The notes beneath the pieces are model-generated. The model was not told the origin of the DNA. It did no database searches and was given only the letters and a program-made list of their open reading frames with translations. DNA of 64,000 nt, taken from IMG/VR virus record IMGVR_UViG_3300021425_000005, one strand, 5' to 3'. The translations under genes and the position numbers were made by a program. Positions 28,828 to 38,842 of the stretch are shown here, one piece after another. The DNA comes from a virus. How positions within the stretch are numbered: the stretch's first letter is position 1; every line of letters starts with the position of its first letter.

Positions 28828-28856
28828 TTTATACATCATAAGTTAGAAAATGTCAA
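28828..28856 (-). promoter_or_regulatory. Sigma70-type promoter for the gp45 operon
   Basis: TTGACA-17 nt-TATAAA. Confidence 0.7.
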
Positions 28857-29185
28857 GCAGTATAGCCAATTATTTTAGTTTCCCACTCAATATTATTTTC
28901 TTCACACCAGAGACGGTATTCATCGTTATTAATTTGAAATGAAGTTTTTCCTTCAAGGATTTCTTTATATTTTTTATTGAAGGATTCTTCGTCTTTAAAC
29001 ATAAACCAAGTTGTGATTTCTAAACCATCAACTGAAAAATCAAAACCATAATCTAAGAGAATACCAATCTCTTTTGCTTCATTAAATTCATCAGTTAGAT
29101 CGGGCAATTTACTTGATTCTGAATTTGGATAAAACAAATCTCGGAGAGAAGATCTTTTTAATATGAATTCAACACGATATGCCAT
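28853..29185 (-). CDS. Hypothetical protein (AT-rich insert)
   Basis: ORF coupled to its neighbours. Confidence 0.6.
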   Translation of the reverse strand: MAYRVEFILKRSSLRDLFYPNSESSKLPDLTDEFNEAKEIGILLDYGFDFSVDGLEITTWFMFKDEESFNKKYKEILEGKTSFQINNDEYRLWCEENNIEWETKIIGYTA

Positions 29186-29768
29186 TCAAATATTCCAATA
29201 CTTTATTATCATTTCCATTAATTATATGATATGAAACAAATTGTTTCGTAAATTTATATGTAACAGGATTTTCATAATTAACAAACTCTATTACTTTATC
29301 TTCACGTTTATATCGTTCAGGAGTTTTGTTTAAGTTTGTTATAACATTTCTTCCTGACAAATTATATGTATTAAAGAAGTTTATCCAGCTATCATATTTC
29401 TCAAAAATTACAGAATCATATAATTGATGAAAAAATTTAGTGTAATTTCTCACTCTTGTAAATTTATTAACCGTGTGATCAGCATACGCTCTTGACAACA
29501 CACATGCATTAATTTCTGGTATGTGTATTAAACCAGCACAACAGATTATTTCATCATCTTTCTCATAGATGTAGAATCCATTTTTGTCACCATCATAAAT
29601 TTTCTGTATGTATAATTGATGATACAATGTCTCAGGTCTTGTTTGCCAGTCAACTAATTCGACATTCCTTGCTGCAGGATGTGGATCGTTCTGCGCAGAT
29701 TGGCAGAACTTCATTAACTTATCACTTGTATAAGAACTGTCGACCCTAAAGAGCATCAAATTTTCCAT
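29169..29768 (-). CDS. GNAT-like acyltransferase (tentative)
   Basis: FYIYEKDDEIICCAGL...VLSRAY beta-strand pattern. Confidence 0.5.
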   Translation of the reverse strand: MENLMLFRVDSSYTSDKLMKFCQSAQNDPHPAARNVELVDWQTRPETLYHQLYIQKIYDGDKNGFYIYEKDDEIICCAGLIHIPEINACVLSRAYADHTVNKFTRVRNYTKFFHQLYDSVIFEKYDSWINFFNTYNLSGRNVITNLNKTPERYKREDKVIEFVNYENPVTYKFTKQFVSYHIINGNDNKVLEYLNGISC

Positions 29769-30537
29769 AAAGTTTATCGCAAAAATCTTTTGCCCCCAAA
29801 CGAAGGGCGTTATGAAATTGTCCTAACTCTGTGTTGTCATAAACATAGATCGGCATATTTTCAACTACAACATATTCGAGTTCTTCGCGCTTTCTACAAA
29901 CAGCATTATGTAATGAATCTTCGGCTGCGAGCAACTCTTCATCAAATCTTATCGTAGCACCTTTCTTTGAGAACATAAATGGTCTATTCATTGGAACACC
30001 GCCAACTGTAAAGGCTTTTAAGTAATCAAATAACTTCATAATATCAGCTAGTTCATTGCGAGGAACTGACTTCCATATCTGTCGTAAAAAATGTCTAGAT
30101 TGCAACCATTCAGATGTTGTGATTTCACCTTCTGGGATTAAGACATTAGTTTCACCTAATGCTAAGACGTCAAACTCATGCGTCCCTATAAATTGGTCAA
30201 TTTCTTCTCTGGCATCAGGTGTTAGATAGTCATCACCATCAATAAGAACAAGATAGTCATGTTCAGTTTTTTGAAAATAATCTAACACAGAGTTTTTACC
30301 GCGCCCTGGAGTGCCATTAGATTCACTGATGTGGACAGGAAATTCATACTCGGTTGAAATAGTTTGAGCCAGAGAGGCAAAGTCGTTGTCTGTTGTATTA
30401 ATAACGACAATCCGCTCTTGAGGAGAGGAGTTAGAGTTCACGGATCGCAGACACCGCTTTAACTTCTCTGGCTTATCGCTGGTTAAAACAGCGAATAGGA
30501 TATTATTCTTCGAAACCGATTTCATCAATAAACTCAA
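29746..30537 (-). CDS. Glycosyltransferase (GT-A/GT2-like)
   Basis: LKRCLRSV, SNGTPGRGKN, LIDGDD, AEDS. Confidence 0.8.
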   Translation of the reverse strand: MSLLMKSVSKNNILFAVLTSDKPEKLKRCLRSVNSNSSPQERIVVINTTDNDFASLAQTISTEYEFPVHISESNGTPGRGKNSVLDYFQKTEHDYLVLIDGDDYLTPDAREEIDQFIGTHEFDVLALGETNVLIPEGEITTSEWLQSRHFLRQIWKSVPRNELADIMKLFDYLKAFTVGGVPMNRPFMFSKKGATIRFDEELLAAEDSLHNAVCRKREELEYVVVENMPIYVYDNTELGQFHNALRLGAKDFCDKLYGKFDAL

Positions 30538-30790
30538 TAATTTCTTTCATCTGTGAATATGATAAATGTATCGTATGTTCTTTCCAAACAGCATCGGAAG
30601 GATAATTTTCAGGGTCGTCATGACACCAGCGAGCCTGATCAATAAAGATGGTCGCTCGATCTTTATGCCATTTCAAAACTTCAACAAATACTTCTTCATG
30701 CTCATGAACCGCATGGCTCAAATGATCGACTGTCGGGGTGGCTGGTGGTCCAAGTGCCTTGCAGCCATCTATTTTCTTTGTGTATTTCAT
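30503..30790 (-). CDS. Hypothetical protein
   Basis: ORF with coupled start and stop. Confidence 0.6.
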   Translation of the reverse strand: MKYTKKIDGCKALGPPATPTVDHLSHAVHEHEEVFVEVLKWHKDRATIFIDQARWCHDDPENYPSDAVWKEHTIHLSYSQMKEIIEFIDEIGFEE

Positions 30791-31158
30791 TCGCCATGCT
30801 CTAGGTCGTGCACATGTAGTGCGATCAACCCATAATGCAAAACTTTCATCAAGTCTTTGCGATTGTAACCATCCTTCTTACCATAGCGTTGAGCATACTT
30901 CATGATATTCCCGATACAGAAACCTTCACCATGCCCACCATCGATGATAAACTCAGTGGCTTGAAACTGATTCGTCGAATAATGCTCACCATATGTAGCA
31001 TCGACATATTTTTGAAGGTCAGCCAGAAGCTGACCCTCATTGTATTTGTAATTGATTTGATTATCATAGGACGTGGGTGTCCCATCAAACCCAGCAGGTA
31101 ATTTAGAAATCTTCTTTGACTTCATCATCTTCCTCATTATTAAGTTCAACACCAGCAT
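30787..31158 (-). CDS. DUF3310-like conserved phage protein (start uncertain)
   Basis: YKYNEG..TYGEHY..GFCIGNIMKYAQRYGKK..DLMKVLHY. Confidence 0.8.
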   Translation of the reverse strand: MLVLNLIMRKMMKSKKISKLPAGFDGTPTSYDNQINYKYNEGQLLADLQKYVDATYGEHYSTNQFQATEFIIDGGHGEGFCIGNIMKYAQRYGKKDGYNRKDLMKVLHYGLIALHVHDLEHGE

Positions 31159-32227
31159 CGACCTTAGTATATAGGTCTAAGAATGCTTGCCTTGTATCTT
31201 CATCAAAACGGTTTACACACAACTCGATTGCTTTCAACCGATCTTCAAACATAGCATACGCATTTACAATATGCTCGATCCGACGAGTGGAGACGAGATC
31301 CTCGATCGCACCCTCTTTGAAAGTCTTACGAATCACATCTGCCCAGCGGACAAGTTTCTCAGCGAAGTCTTCATCGACTTTACCAACTTTGTTCATCTTC
31401 CCGAGAACGATCTTCAACTCTTGAGCCTCAGTCGGATATTGCTGCTCAACAGTCACAGCGAAACGCTCGAGGAATGCCTCGTCGAGGATCTGGGCAGAGA
31501 TGAATTTACCATCATCCGAGCCACGACCTTTAGTGTTAGCAGTCGCGATTACATTAAAGCCAGCAGCAGGTGTGATCACCTCACCAGTCTTCTTGTTGAA
31601 GTATGGCTTGCCTTCGAGGATAGCCTGAAGACACATCAATTTATTAGAGCCACGATCCAACTCATCGAGAATCAGAACAGCACCACGCTTCATAGCGGTA
31701 AGGACTGGACCTTCACGATAGACCACATTGCCATCGACCAGTGTATTACCGCCGATCAAATCATCTTCGTCAGTCTCTACAGAGATATTGACACGGATAG
31801 CTTCGCGCTTCAGTTTAGCGCAAACCTGTTCAACCATCGTGGTCTTACCGTTACCTGATAAACCAGAGATGAAAGTCGGATAGAAAATACCAGACTTGAC
31901 AATCTTGACAAGGTCACGGTGGAAACCAAACGCGACATATGTCGCATCGACCACAGGGACAAGGTTATCAACTTCGACAGCCAACTTAGCTTGTGTCACG
32001 ATCTTAGCATCCTCAACAGGAGTGGGTGCAGGATTGGAGGCAACAACCCTCAAACCAGCAGCTTCAACTGAATATTTATTGTGACCAACTTTGTGCTCAC
32101 GGAAAAACCAATGCGGATACGAAACACCGATACGCTCGGCGAGACTTGCAATCTCAGGACGAGTAAAGATGGCTTGACTTTCACCAGCCAAGGCATCCAA
32201 CAATTTTTGACGATTCAATTTAGACAT
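31103..32227 (-). CDS. CobS-like/MoxR AAA+ ATPase
   Basis: GLSGNGKTT, ETDEDDLIGG, LDELD, ATANTKG, AFLERF. Confidence 0.92.
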   Translation of the reverse strand: MSKLNRQKLLDALAGESQAIFTRPEIASLAERIGVSYPHWFFREHKVGHNKYSVEAAGLRVVASNPAPTPVEDAKIVTQAKLAVEVDNLVPVVDATYVAFGFHRDLVKIVKSGIFYPTFISGLSGNGKTTMVEQVCAKLKREAIRVNISVETDEDDLIGGNTLVDGNVVYREGPVLTAMKRGAVLILDELDRGSNKLMCLQAILEGKPYFNKKTGEVITPAAGFNVIATANTKGRGSDDGKFISAQILDEAFLERFAVTVEQQYPTEAQELKIVLGKMNKVGKVDEDFAEKLVRWADVIRKTFKEGAIEDLVSTRRIEHIVNAYAMFEDRLKAIELCVNRFDEDTRQAFLDLYTKVDAGVELNNEEDDEVKEDF

Positions 32228-32235
32228 AATAAAAA

Positions 32236-32286
32236 CCTCTCTCTCAAGTTATACTCTATTCTCTCTTATCCTCAGACAAATGTCAA
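32236..32286 (-). promoter_or_regulatory. Sigma70-type early promoter with TATAACTTGAGAG leader
   Basis: TTGACA-17 nt-GAGAAT then TATAACTTGAGAGAGAGG. Confidence 0.75.
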
Positions 32287-34472
32287 GCAATTTTTTCAAT
32301 AAATTTGGTAAGAAATTTGCGGGATGTCGTCTTAGATTTCTGGAATTTACGGAAGCCTTTGACGAGATCACCTTTCTTATCGCTGGCGACTTCCAGATCC
32401 TCGACATTACCTAGATCTTTAGCACGAAGGACATAAGCATTGGCAAACCCATTCATACCATCCATCTGCATAAATCCATCTTTCAACCACTCATCTTTGT
32501 ATTGTTTCTCAAATTCGTGTTCATTGTAACCATGCATATCCATCCAGCTATATTTCAGGTCACGCTTTTGCGGATTTGCCAAGAAGTAATTAATGGTGCG
32601 CGAGCCAGTCGTCTTGTCAAAATGTTTCAGGACAGCCTCACAGACAACATCGCTCCAGCGTTTACTGTAAATTTTACCTTTCGCATTTGCGATAGTCGTG
32701 ATTCCACCTTCAGTGATTACACAATGGTCACCGCAAAGACCGCCACGATAAGTTGGTAAATCACCAACAAGCAACTGACCAGTGTTGCCACCATCAGTCA
32801 GGAACAAAGTGTTTAGAACTTCGATGTTATATTGATTACGGAAATCAATAGCACGGTCACGCAACAACAGGATAGTCTCAGCCAACGGAGTTCCGCCGAG
32901 TTCCAGATGCATTGGAAGAGTCGTGCGCTTCACGTGAGGTTTGCCACTGTAACGATTAGAGTATGCTGATGCGAGAAGTAATAAATTAGCAAATGCTTTT
33001 TTGTATCCAGCAGAACTCATATCAGAACTGATCAGTTTATTGATACATAGACCAGCATCAGCAATTCGGATGTCAGACTCTTTCTGATTCTGCACGAGAT
33101 GTTTTTGATGGTCGCCCCAGTGACGATCTGTGAATGAGTAAACCTCAAATGGGATATTTACTTTTTTGCAGAACGATACTTGAACAAGCATCTGCTCGAT
33201 AGTCTCAGACATCTTATCATACATAGAACCAGAGAAGTCGATGACCATCAGCATACCGTGATTCTTACCATCGGGAACAACAGTGTTTGACAAGAAGACA
33301 TCTTCGGTCAGCTTCGTCGCCCATAGTTTATCAGCGTTCAATACACCAGTCTTGTTTTCGCGGGACTTGGCGAACTGAGCAGCTTTACGCTTGGCTTCGA
33401 ACTGCTGAACCATGAAGTTGATATACGCATTATTTTTAGCGCGGAAGTCTTTGGTGAATTGTTCAATCGCAACAGCACGATCAACCTTTTCTTCTTTATA
33501 TGACCAAGCATCTTCTTTTATATTGCGAATAATCTCAAGATGCTCTGAATTCTCAAACTCTTTCCAAGGATCCATCTTAACCCACTTCTTGTAATCAAGT
33601 TTAGGGAAGTTACCATAGAAGAAATTACCAGCACCATTATTGATCAACTGGTCTTCATTGTTACGGAAAGCATTGTCAGTAGCAGAGGCAGGGTCAAACT
33701 CAGACTCTTCAGTTGTCTCGTCAGAGGCAACAGTTTCTTCAGTAGTTTCATCAGACTCATCCTGACCTTCATCATTGTCGTCTGACTTATCACCTTTGTC
33801 ATCTTCTTTTTCTTCTTCACCAGAATCAGAGTTTTGCTCAGTGGTATCATTCTCTTCAAAGATCTCACCTTCGCCATCATCATCCATCATCAGATCGTCA
33901 GCCATATCAATCATGGCTTGTTCGTTTTTTGACAACTCATAGATCTCAGTGGCGACAGCGACAACATCTTCCCAAGTTTCACAGGCAGCGACTTTATCAA
34001 CATAGACCAGTTCAGCGTCTGTAAACTCGACAGCAGCAAACATGCCAACTTTGAAGTGGATATTGATGCGGTCAATCAAAGGATAATCATTGATGTTGCG
34101 ATCCTCCAGACCGAAGAAGTCGCGCTCATATAATTCTTTGTAACCTTTGAAGAAATTTTTGACAAGTCCAGGATAGCGGCGTTTGATGTCAGACTCAATC
34201 CGAGCATCCTCAACGACATTTAAGAAAGACTTGAATCCTTTGCCCTTGACACTAGCAGCATCGTGCCAGCCTTCAAGCGGCGTGTTCAATGCATGACTGA
34301 CCTCATGACCAATCAACAGGTCATAAAGGTCAGATGACATTTCATTAAAAATGGGGAGAACGACTTTTCGCTCTTTCAAATCAAAGTAAGCAGTCTTGAC
34401 TTTTTGATGCTCGACGCTGACATTCTCAGTAGCGAGCAACTTAGCTAATGTGCTTTTTTGGGTGATTTCCAT
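32283..34472 (-). CDS. CobT-like metallopeptidase-vWA protein
   Basis: GHEVSH, NVVEDARIE, acidic linker, vWA DFSGSM/GGTPL/TDG. Confidence 0.9.
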   Translation of the reverse strand: MEITQKSTLAKLLATENVSVEHQKVKTAYFDLKERKVVLPIFNEMSSDLYDLLIGHEVSHALNTPLEGWHDAASVKGKGFKSFLNVVEDARIESDIKRRYPGLVKNFFKGYKELYERDFFGLEDRNINDYPLIDRINIHFKVGMFAAVEFTDAELVYVDKVAACETWEDVVAVATEIYELSKNEQAMIDMADDLMMDDDGEGEIFEENDTTEQNSDSGEEEKEDDKGDKSDDNDEGQDESDETTEETVASDETTEESEFDPASATDNAFRNNEDQLINNGAGNFFYGNFPKLDYKKWVKMDPWKEFENSEHLEIIRNIKEDAWSYKEEKVDRAVAIEQFTKDFRAKNNAYINFMVQQFEAKRKAAQFAKSRENKTGVLNADKLWATKLTEDVFLSNTVVPDGKNHGMLMVIDFSGSMYDKMSETIEQMLVQVSFCKKVNIPFEVYSFTDRHWGDHQKHLVQNQKESDIRIADAGLCINKLISSDMSSAGYKKAFANLLLLASAYSNRYSGKPHVKRTTLPMHLELGGTPLAETILLLRDRAIDFRNQYNIEVLNTLFLTDGGNTGQLLVGDLPTYRGGLCGDHCVITEGGITTIANAKGKIYSKRWSDVVCEAVLKHFDKTTGSRTINYFLANPQKRDLKYSWMDMHGYNEHEFEKQYKDEWLKDGFMQMDGMNGFANAYVLRAKDLGNVEDLEVASDKKGDLVKGFRKFQKSKTTSRKFLTKFIEKIA

Positions 34473-34497
34473 AACATACTCCTCAACTCTTAGTCTT

Positions 34498-34526
34498 AGA
34501 ATATCGCATTTTTACCCAAATGTCAA
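34498..34526 (-). promoter_or_regulatory. Sigma70-type early promoter
   Basis: TTGACA-17 nt-TATTCT, leader with TTGAGGAG. Confidence 0.75.
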
Positions 34527-34535
34527 CACCTAATA

Positions 34536-34907
34536 TTACATTTTATCAAAATATCTTGTAATTGCTTTGATTTTTTCAATCTGTCTATCAATAATAGCTG
34601 TTCTATTTGGCCATTTAATGATGTCTTTTTCAGGATTCTTTTTCAGATTGAGTAGGAGAGGCAGGATAAGATCCTCAACATCTCGGAGTTTAGTCGCCAC
34701 ATCTTGCTCCACCAATGCTCTATGGTCGTTAATCATATCGGAGTTATCAGCTGTGATGATACGAGCCTCAAGCTGTTCAAGTTTGTCCATAATAGTTTCA
34801 ATCTGATCAGAAGGAATCTCAGCCTGAACAAGTTGCGTTGATACAGGACTTACCTCAAGTTCGTCCTCGTCTACCATAGTGAAACCAAAATCGAAATCGT
34901 CAGACAT
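34536..34907 (-). CDS. Conserved T4-like hypothetical protein
   Basis: DFDFGFT.VDEDEL...PLLLNLKKNPEK..IKWPNR. Confidence 0.8.
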   Translation of the reverse strand: MSDDFDFGFTMVDEDELEVSPVSTQLVQAEIPSDQIETIMDKLEQLEARIITADNSDMINDHRALVEQDVATKLRDVEDLILPLLLNLKKNPEKDIIKWPNRTAIIDRQIEKIKAITRYFDKM

Positions 34908-35436
34908 TATTTGCCTCCAGTTGTTTGCGCACATCAGACCGAACTTTCTTAGTGACCTTCTTTTTCATCGCTTTGATGGCTCGGTCTAGTTTCAGCTTTG
35001 ACACACGCTGTGTAAAGTTTTGCCCAATCATATGGTCATACTCATGCAGAACAACTCTTGCGGCAAGATCTTTGAACTGCTCAACAACTTCATTACCTTC
35101 TGTATCTTGGTATTTTAATGTCACCTCAGTTGGTCTTTTGACCATAAGGAATACTCCAGGAAGTGACAAACAACCTTCTTTCATAGATACAGATTCATCG
35201 CCAATAGCAATAATAATAGGGTTGATAATATATCTCGTGAGTGCCTCACCATCACCGAACACAAAAACCTTCATGTCTAATCCAACTTGGTTTGCTGATA
35301 ATCCAATACCACCAAGTTCTTTCATGCGCTCAAAAAGTTTATCACAAACTTCTTTTGCGTTTTCGTTTTCAAATTCAAACTCTTTTGGCTCACGCTTCAA
35401 AAGTTCATCACTAAAATCCAAGAGTTCTAATTCCAT
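34900..35436 (-). CDS. def: Peptide deformylase
   Basis: GIGLSANQVG, EGCLS, HEYDH. Confidence 0.95.
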   Translation of the reverse strand: MELELLDFSDELLKREPKEFEFENENAKEVCDKLFERMKELGGIGLSANQVGLDMKVFVFGDGEALTRYIINPIIIAIGDESVSMKEGCLSLPGVFLMVKRPTEVTLKYQDTEGNEVVEQFKDLAARVVLHEYDHMIGQNFTQRVSKLKLDRAIKAMKKKVTKKVRSDVRKQLEANNV

Positions 35437-37106
35437 TATACCATCACCGAGTAGTTTTGCTTTTTCTCAAACTTAATCACAGATCTAAACTTGTCGAACA
35501 GCTGGTCGCCTTTATGAGAAATAACAAAAACATTTGTGTCCTCACCGATTGTGTTCAACAAAGTCATTACATAATCTGTGCCGTTATTATCTAGGGAACT
35601 ATCAAACACCTCATCGAGAATAAGAAGATTGGTGCTTGCACTATTCTTCATCTTGGCGATAGTTCTCCATGTAAACAACAGAGCCAAATCAATACGCTGT
35701 TTCTCACCTTCACTGAAACTTGCATAAGAAAACTTATCACGCCCACGAGATTTAATTGTCTCATTGAACTTCTCATCAAGGTTAAAGTTGACAAAGAAGT
35801 CCATAGCTGCTAAGTATTTATTCGCCAAAGAATTAATAGCTGGGAGATACTGCTTAATGATTCGGGTTTTGATGCCTGAATCTTTTAGCAATGCAGCTGC
35901 TGCATTCATATAATGCATCTCTTGATTCTTCTCAGAACGCAAACTATTTTTAGTCGTTACTTCTTTGGCGAGTTCTTTGAGTTTAGATTGTTCGGACTCA
36001 ATATCAGCCACACGCCCCCGAGCATCGCCCAACTCTGCATGTAAGCGTTGAAGATATCTTTGATTCGAGGTAATCTCATTATTTGTCTCTATAATTTCTG
36101 ATTGTATTTTTTTGTAATCTTCAATCAAGCTATCCAACTCTGAGAACTCAGAGTCCATCTGTTGATTTGCTTGTTCGATTTCTTTGATTTTATCCAAGCG
36201 TTCCTGTTGTATCTCTTCTTTAAATTCGTGTGGGATACCTTGTTTACAGGTTGGACAATCATCGTGCTCTTCATAAAATGAAAGTTCCTTGTTCAGCTTA
36301 TTTATCTGTGACTGAAATTTGTCTTGATATTTTTCAAGTTTTCTTCTTTTATCTTCGGGGTTGCCAAGTGTCTCCGCCTGTTCTGATTTTTTCTTAGCTT
36401 GTTCTTGTAAGTCTTCGATCGCTTTGTCCAACTCATTAATCTTCCCCTCAATTTCTGTGATTTTCTCAGCCTTGTTATTTTCTAATGTTTCAATATATCC
36501 TTTTTGAATCTCAGCTTTTTGTTTAGCAACCTCAACCTGTGCTTCGATTTCTCTAACTTCTCCTTGGATTCCAGTCAATTGTTCCTTTAACAATCCATTC
36601 ATGGTTGTGAAGATCTGGATATCCAAAATGTCTTCAATAACCTCGCGGCGAATATGAGCAGGAAGCTGCATAAATGGTGTGAATGATGCACTACCAAGAA
36701 TAACAATCTGTGTGAATGACTTATAATTTAGATTTAAGATAGACTCTTCAAGATACTTCTGTGTATCCCTCAGAGCAGCATCCTGATCAATCATTTCATC
36801 ATTGCGATAGATCTCAAAGAAGTTTGGCTTCACACCACGACGAACTTTGTATTGATGTTTGCCAGATCGAAACTCAACCTCTACTTCTAGATTTTTACCA
36901 TTGATAGAATTTACAAGTTGTGGTTTATTAATATTACGAAATGGTTTATTAAATAGCCCGAAACACAATGCATCTAAAAATGTAGACTTACCTGCACCAT
37001 TATCCCCAATAATAAGTGTGCTTGGTGAACGAGTAAAGTCAACTTCTGAGAAAGAATTACCAGTAGAAAGAAAGTTTTTCCACCTAAGTTTTTCAAAATA
37101 AATCAT
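35436..37106 (-). CDS. gp46: Recombination nuclease ATPase subunit gp46
   Basis: GDNGAGKST, CPTC zinc hook, FSEGEK, LDEVFDSSLD, ISH. Confidence 0.97.
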   Translation of the reverse strand: MIYFEKLRWKNFLSTGNSFSEVDFTRSPSTLIIGDNGAGKSTFLDALCFGLFNKPFRNINKPQLVNSINGKNLEVEVEFRSGKHQYKVRRGVKPNFFEIYRNDEMIDQDAALRDTQKYLEESILNLNYKSFTQIVILGSASFTPFMQLPAHIRREVIEDILDIQIFTTMNGLLKEQLTGIQGEVREIEAQVEVAKQKAEIQKGYIETLENNKAEKITEIEGKINELDKAIEDLQEQAKKKSEQAETLGNPEDKRRKLEKYQDKFQSQINKLNKELSFYEEHDDCPTCKQGIPHEFKEEIQQERLDKIKEIEQANQQMDSEFSELDSLIEDYKKIQSEIIETNNEITSNQRYLQRLHAELGDARGRVADIESEQSKLKELAKEVTTKNSLRSEKNQEMHYMNAAAALLKDSGIKTRIIKQYLPAINSLANKYLAAMDFFVNFNLDEKFNETIKSRGRDKFSYASFSEGEKQRIDLALLFTWRTIAKMKNSASTNLLILDEVFDSSLDNNGTDYVMTLLNTIGEDTNVFVISHKGDQLFDKFRSVIKFEKKQNYSVMV

Positions 37107-38167
37107 GCTAAGTTTCTTGCTTCTACATAAAGAGTTTTCATCACAGTCTTCAGCTTCTCTCTATCTAGGTCAGTCTGAATGTTATCAATATAATCATCTA
37201 GTAAAGTTATTGTGTCTTCTAAATTGAGATTATCAGCATCAATTGCGTCATCTTCAAACTCAGAAAAGTCTTCAATAATTTTAAGTTCAATTAAATTGCA
37301 GCTTTCAAGTTTGTCAATAAAATTATCGAACCTTGAGAAATCAGATTTATTTACAACAACAACCTTTACAGATCCGCCCTTAACACGATCAAAATCAATA
37401 GCATCGAGACTTGCTCGAGAAGCATCATCTGAGTCGTTGTAATAAAATTTGTGAAAGATGTTAAAGGGGTTTTGAACAAACTCAAGTTCATCTGTTTCTG
37501 TATCATAGATGTGAAAGCCTCTAGGGTCATCATAATCGCTCCAAGTAATTTCATAAGGATTACCAAGATAAGTAATGTTGCCATTGCTACTACGGTGGTG
37601 AAAATGACCAGAGCAAACAAGGGAAAACTTATCAAATATAGATGGATCCATTCCATGGTCATTCGCATGCCCTTTATACATCTGGAACCCAGCGAGTTCA
37701 TAGTGTCCAAAACATACTGTAGCGTCTGTTTCATTGATTGCCTCCATAGTCTGTTTGTAGTTGTCAGAGCAGATCCATGGTGTAAATAGAATGTTCTTTT
37801 TACCAAAAGACAACTCAGTTACTTCAGGATATATCTGAATATTATCATAATCTTTGAGCAACAATTCTGGAGAGTTTACCTCATTGGTGTTCTTAAAATA
37901 AGTATCATGATTTCCTGGAATCATATGCATATCAATCTGCATCTGTTCAGTTTTATCAAAGAAATACTCACGACATTTTTTATATGTGTTGAAGTTGATA
38001 AACTTACGTCGATCGAAAATATCACCCAAGTGAATGATAGTTTTGATTTGCCGTTTTTCAAGTTCTGGAAAAAATGTTTGAGAATAAAACTTTTCAAAAA
38101 AGTTATCAAATGGGATTGAGTCTGACCTCGCACCGAAGTGCGTATCAGTTATCAGTGCTATTTTCAT
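37103..38167 (-). CDS. gp47: Recombination nuclease subunit gp47
   Basis: TDTHFG, LGDIFD, GNHD, GHFH. Confidence 0.97.
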   Translation of the reverse strand: MKIALITDTHFGARSDSIPFDNFFEKFYSQTFFPELEKRQIKTIIHLGDIFDRRKFINFNTYKKCREYFFDKTEQMQIDMHMIPGNHDTYFKNTNEVNSPELLLKDYDNIQIYPEVTELSFGKKNILFTPWICSDNYKQTMEAINETDATVCFGHYELAGFQMYKGHANDHGMDPSIFDKFSLVCSGHFHHRSSNGNITYLGNPYEITWSDYDDPRGFHIYDTETDELEFVQNPFNIFHKFYYNDSDDASRASLDAIDFDRVKGGSVKVVVVNKSDFSRFDNFIDKLESCNLIELKIIEDFSEFEDDAIDADNLNLEDTITLLDDYIDNIQTDLDREKLKTVMKTLYVEARNLA

Positions 38168-38507
38168 TACGAATATCCGTTGCGGAGATTGATTCAATCT
38201 CCTCTCCTAAATGCTCTTGTTCAATTATATATCCAACATCCCGACCATAAGTTATATGTGTGATGTTTGCTGAGCGCGATAATTCAAAATCTACACCATA
38301 AATATACCCTTCTGCCTCCAAAGAGTCAACAATATTTTTTGAGACAGTTTTCCAGTCGTATGGATTGTTTTCGTCTTTTGGCATGCGCCTCACTGTGATG
38401 AGGACTTGACCAGTTTTTTGAAGGGCTTTTTTAAATAGTTCTGTATGCCCTCGATGCCATGGCTGGTATCTTCCAAGGAGGAGCGTAGTTGGTTTAGTCC
38501 AATCCAT
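38145..38507 (-). CDS. HxGH nucleotidyltransferase (cytidyltransferase/ATP-sulfurylase-like)
   Basis: GRYQPWHRGH, NPY, YGRDVGY, ISATDIR; own AGGA SD. Confidence 0.8.
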   Translation of the reverse strand: MDWTKPTTLLLGRYQPWHRGHTELFKKALQKTGQVLITVRRMPKDENNPYDWKTVSKNIVDSLEAEGYIYGVDFELSRSANITHITYGRDVGYIIEQEHLGEEIESISATDIRNENSTDN

Positions 38508-38842
38508 TTTGTAATCCTAACATCATATTCGTTACGCTTTGGTCTTTCAAAAAGTTTATTTGTATCTTCGAATCTACCTTCTTTGATGGTGTCCATCCAT
38601 ATCACAAAGTGTGGGTCACAGATACTTCTTATTTGTTTAGTTGGAGCGATAAAATCTAAAATACCCCACTGATCGCGCATATACAATGCTTGCTCTATTC
38701 TTCCACCGCGACTAAAATCCCAATTGTCAGTATATTCTCGAACAACATCTGCATTATGGTATGGAACACGAAAATGAAATGCTAGTTCGCTGGCAAGAGT
38801 AGTCTTACCAGATCCTGGAAGTCCCATTATCAAAATTTTCAT
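38390..38842 (-). CDS. Adenylylsulfate (APS) kinase-like P-loop protein
   Basis: MGLPGSGKTT, NADVVR, WDFS..GR, DFIAP, FERP. Confidence 0.75.
   Translation of the reverse strand: MKILIMGLPGSGKTTLASELAFHFRVPYHNADVVREYTDNWDFSRGGRIEQALYMRDQWGILDFIAPTKQIRSICDPHFVIWMDTIKEGRFEDTNKLFERPKRNEYDVRITKWIGLNQLRSSLEDTSHGIEGIQNYLKKPFKKLVKSSSQ

Noticed and set aside
31103-34472. CobS/CobT as cobalamin biosynthesis genes supplying the B12-rSAM enzymes
   Set aside because: This MoxR-AAA/vWA-peptidase pair is common in marine T4-like phages and no CobN or other cob genes are present. A chaperone role is more likely, and a B12 link is unsupported.
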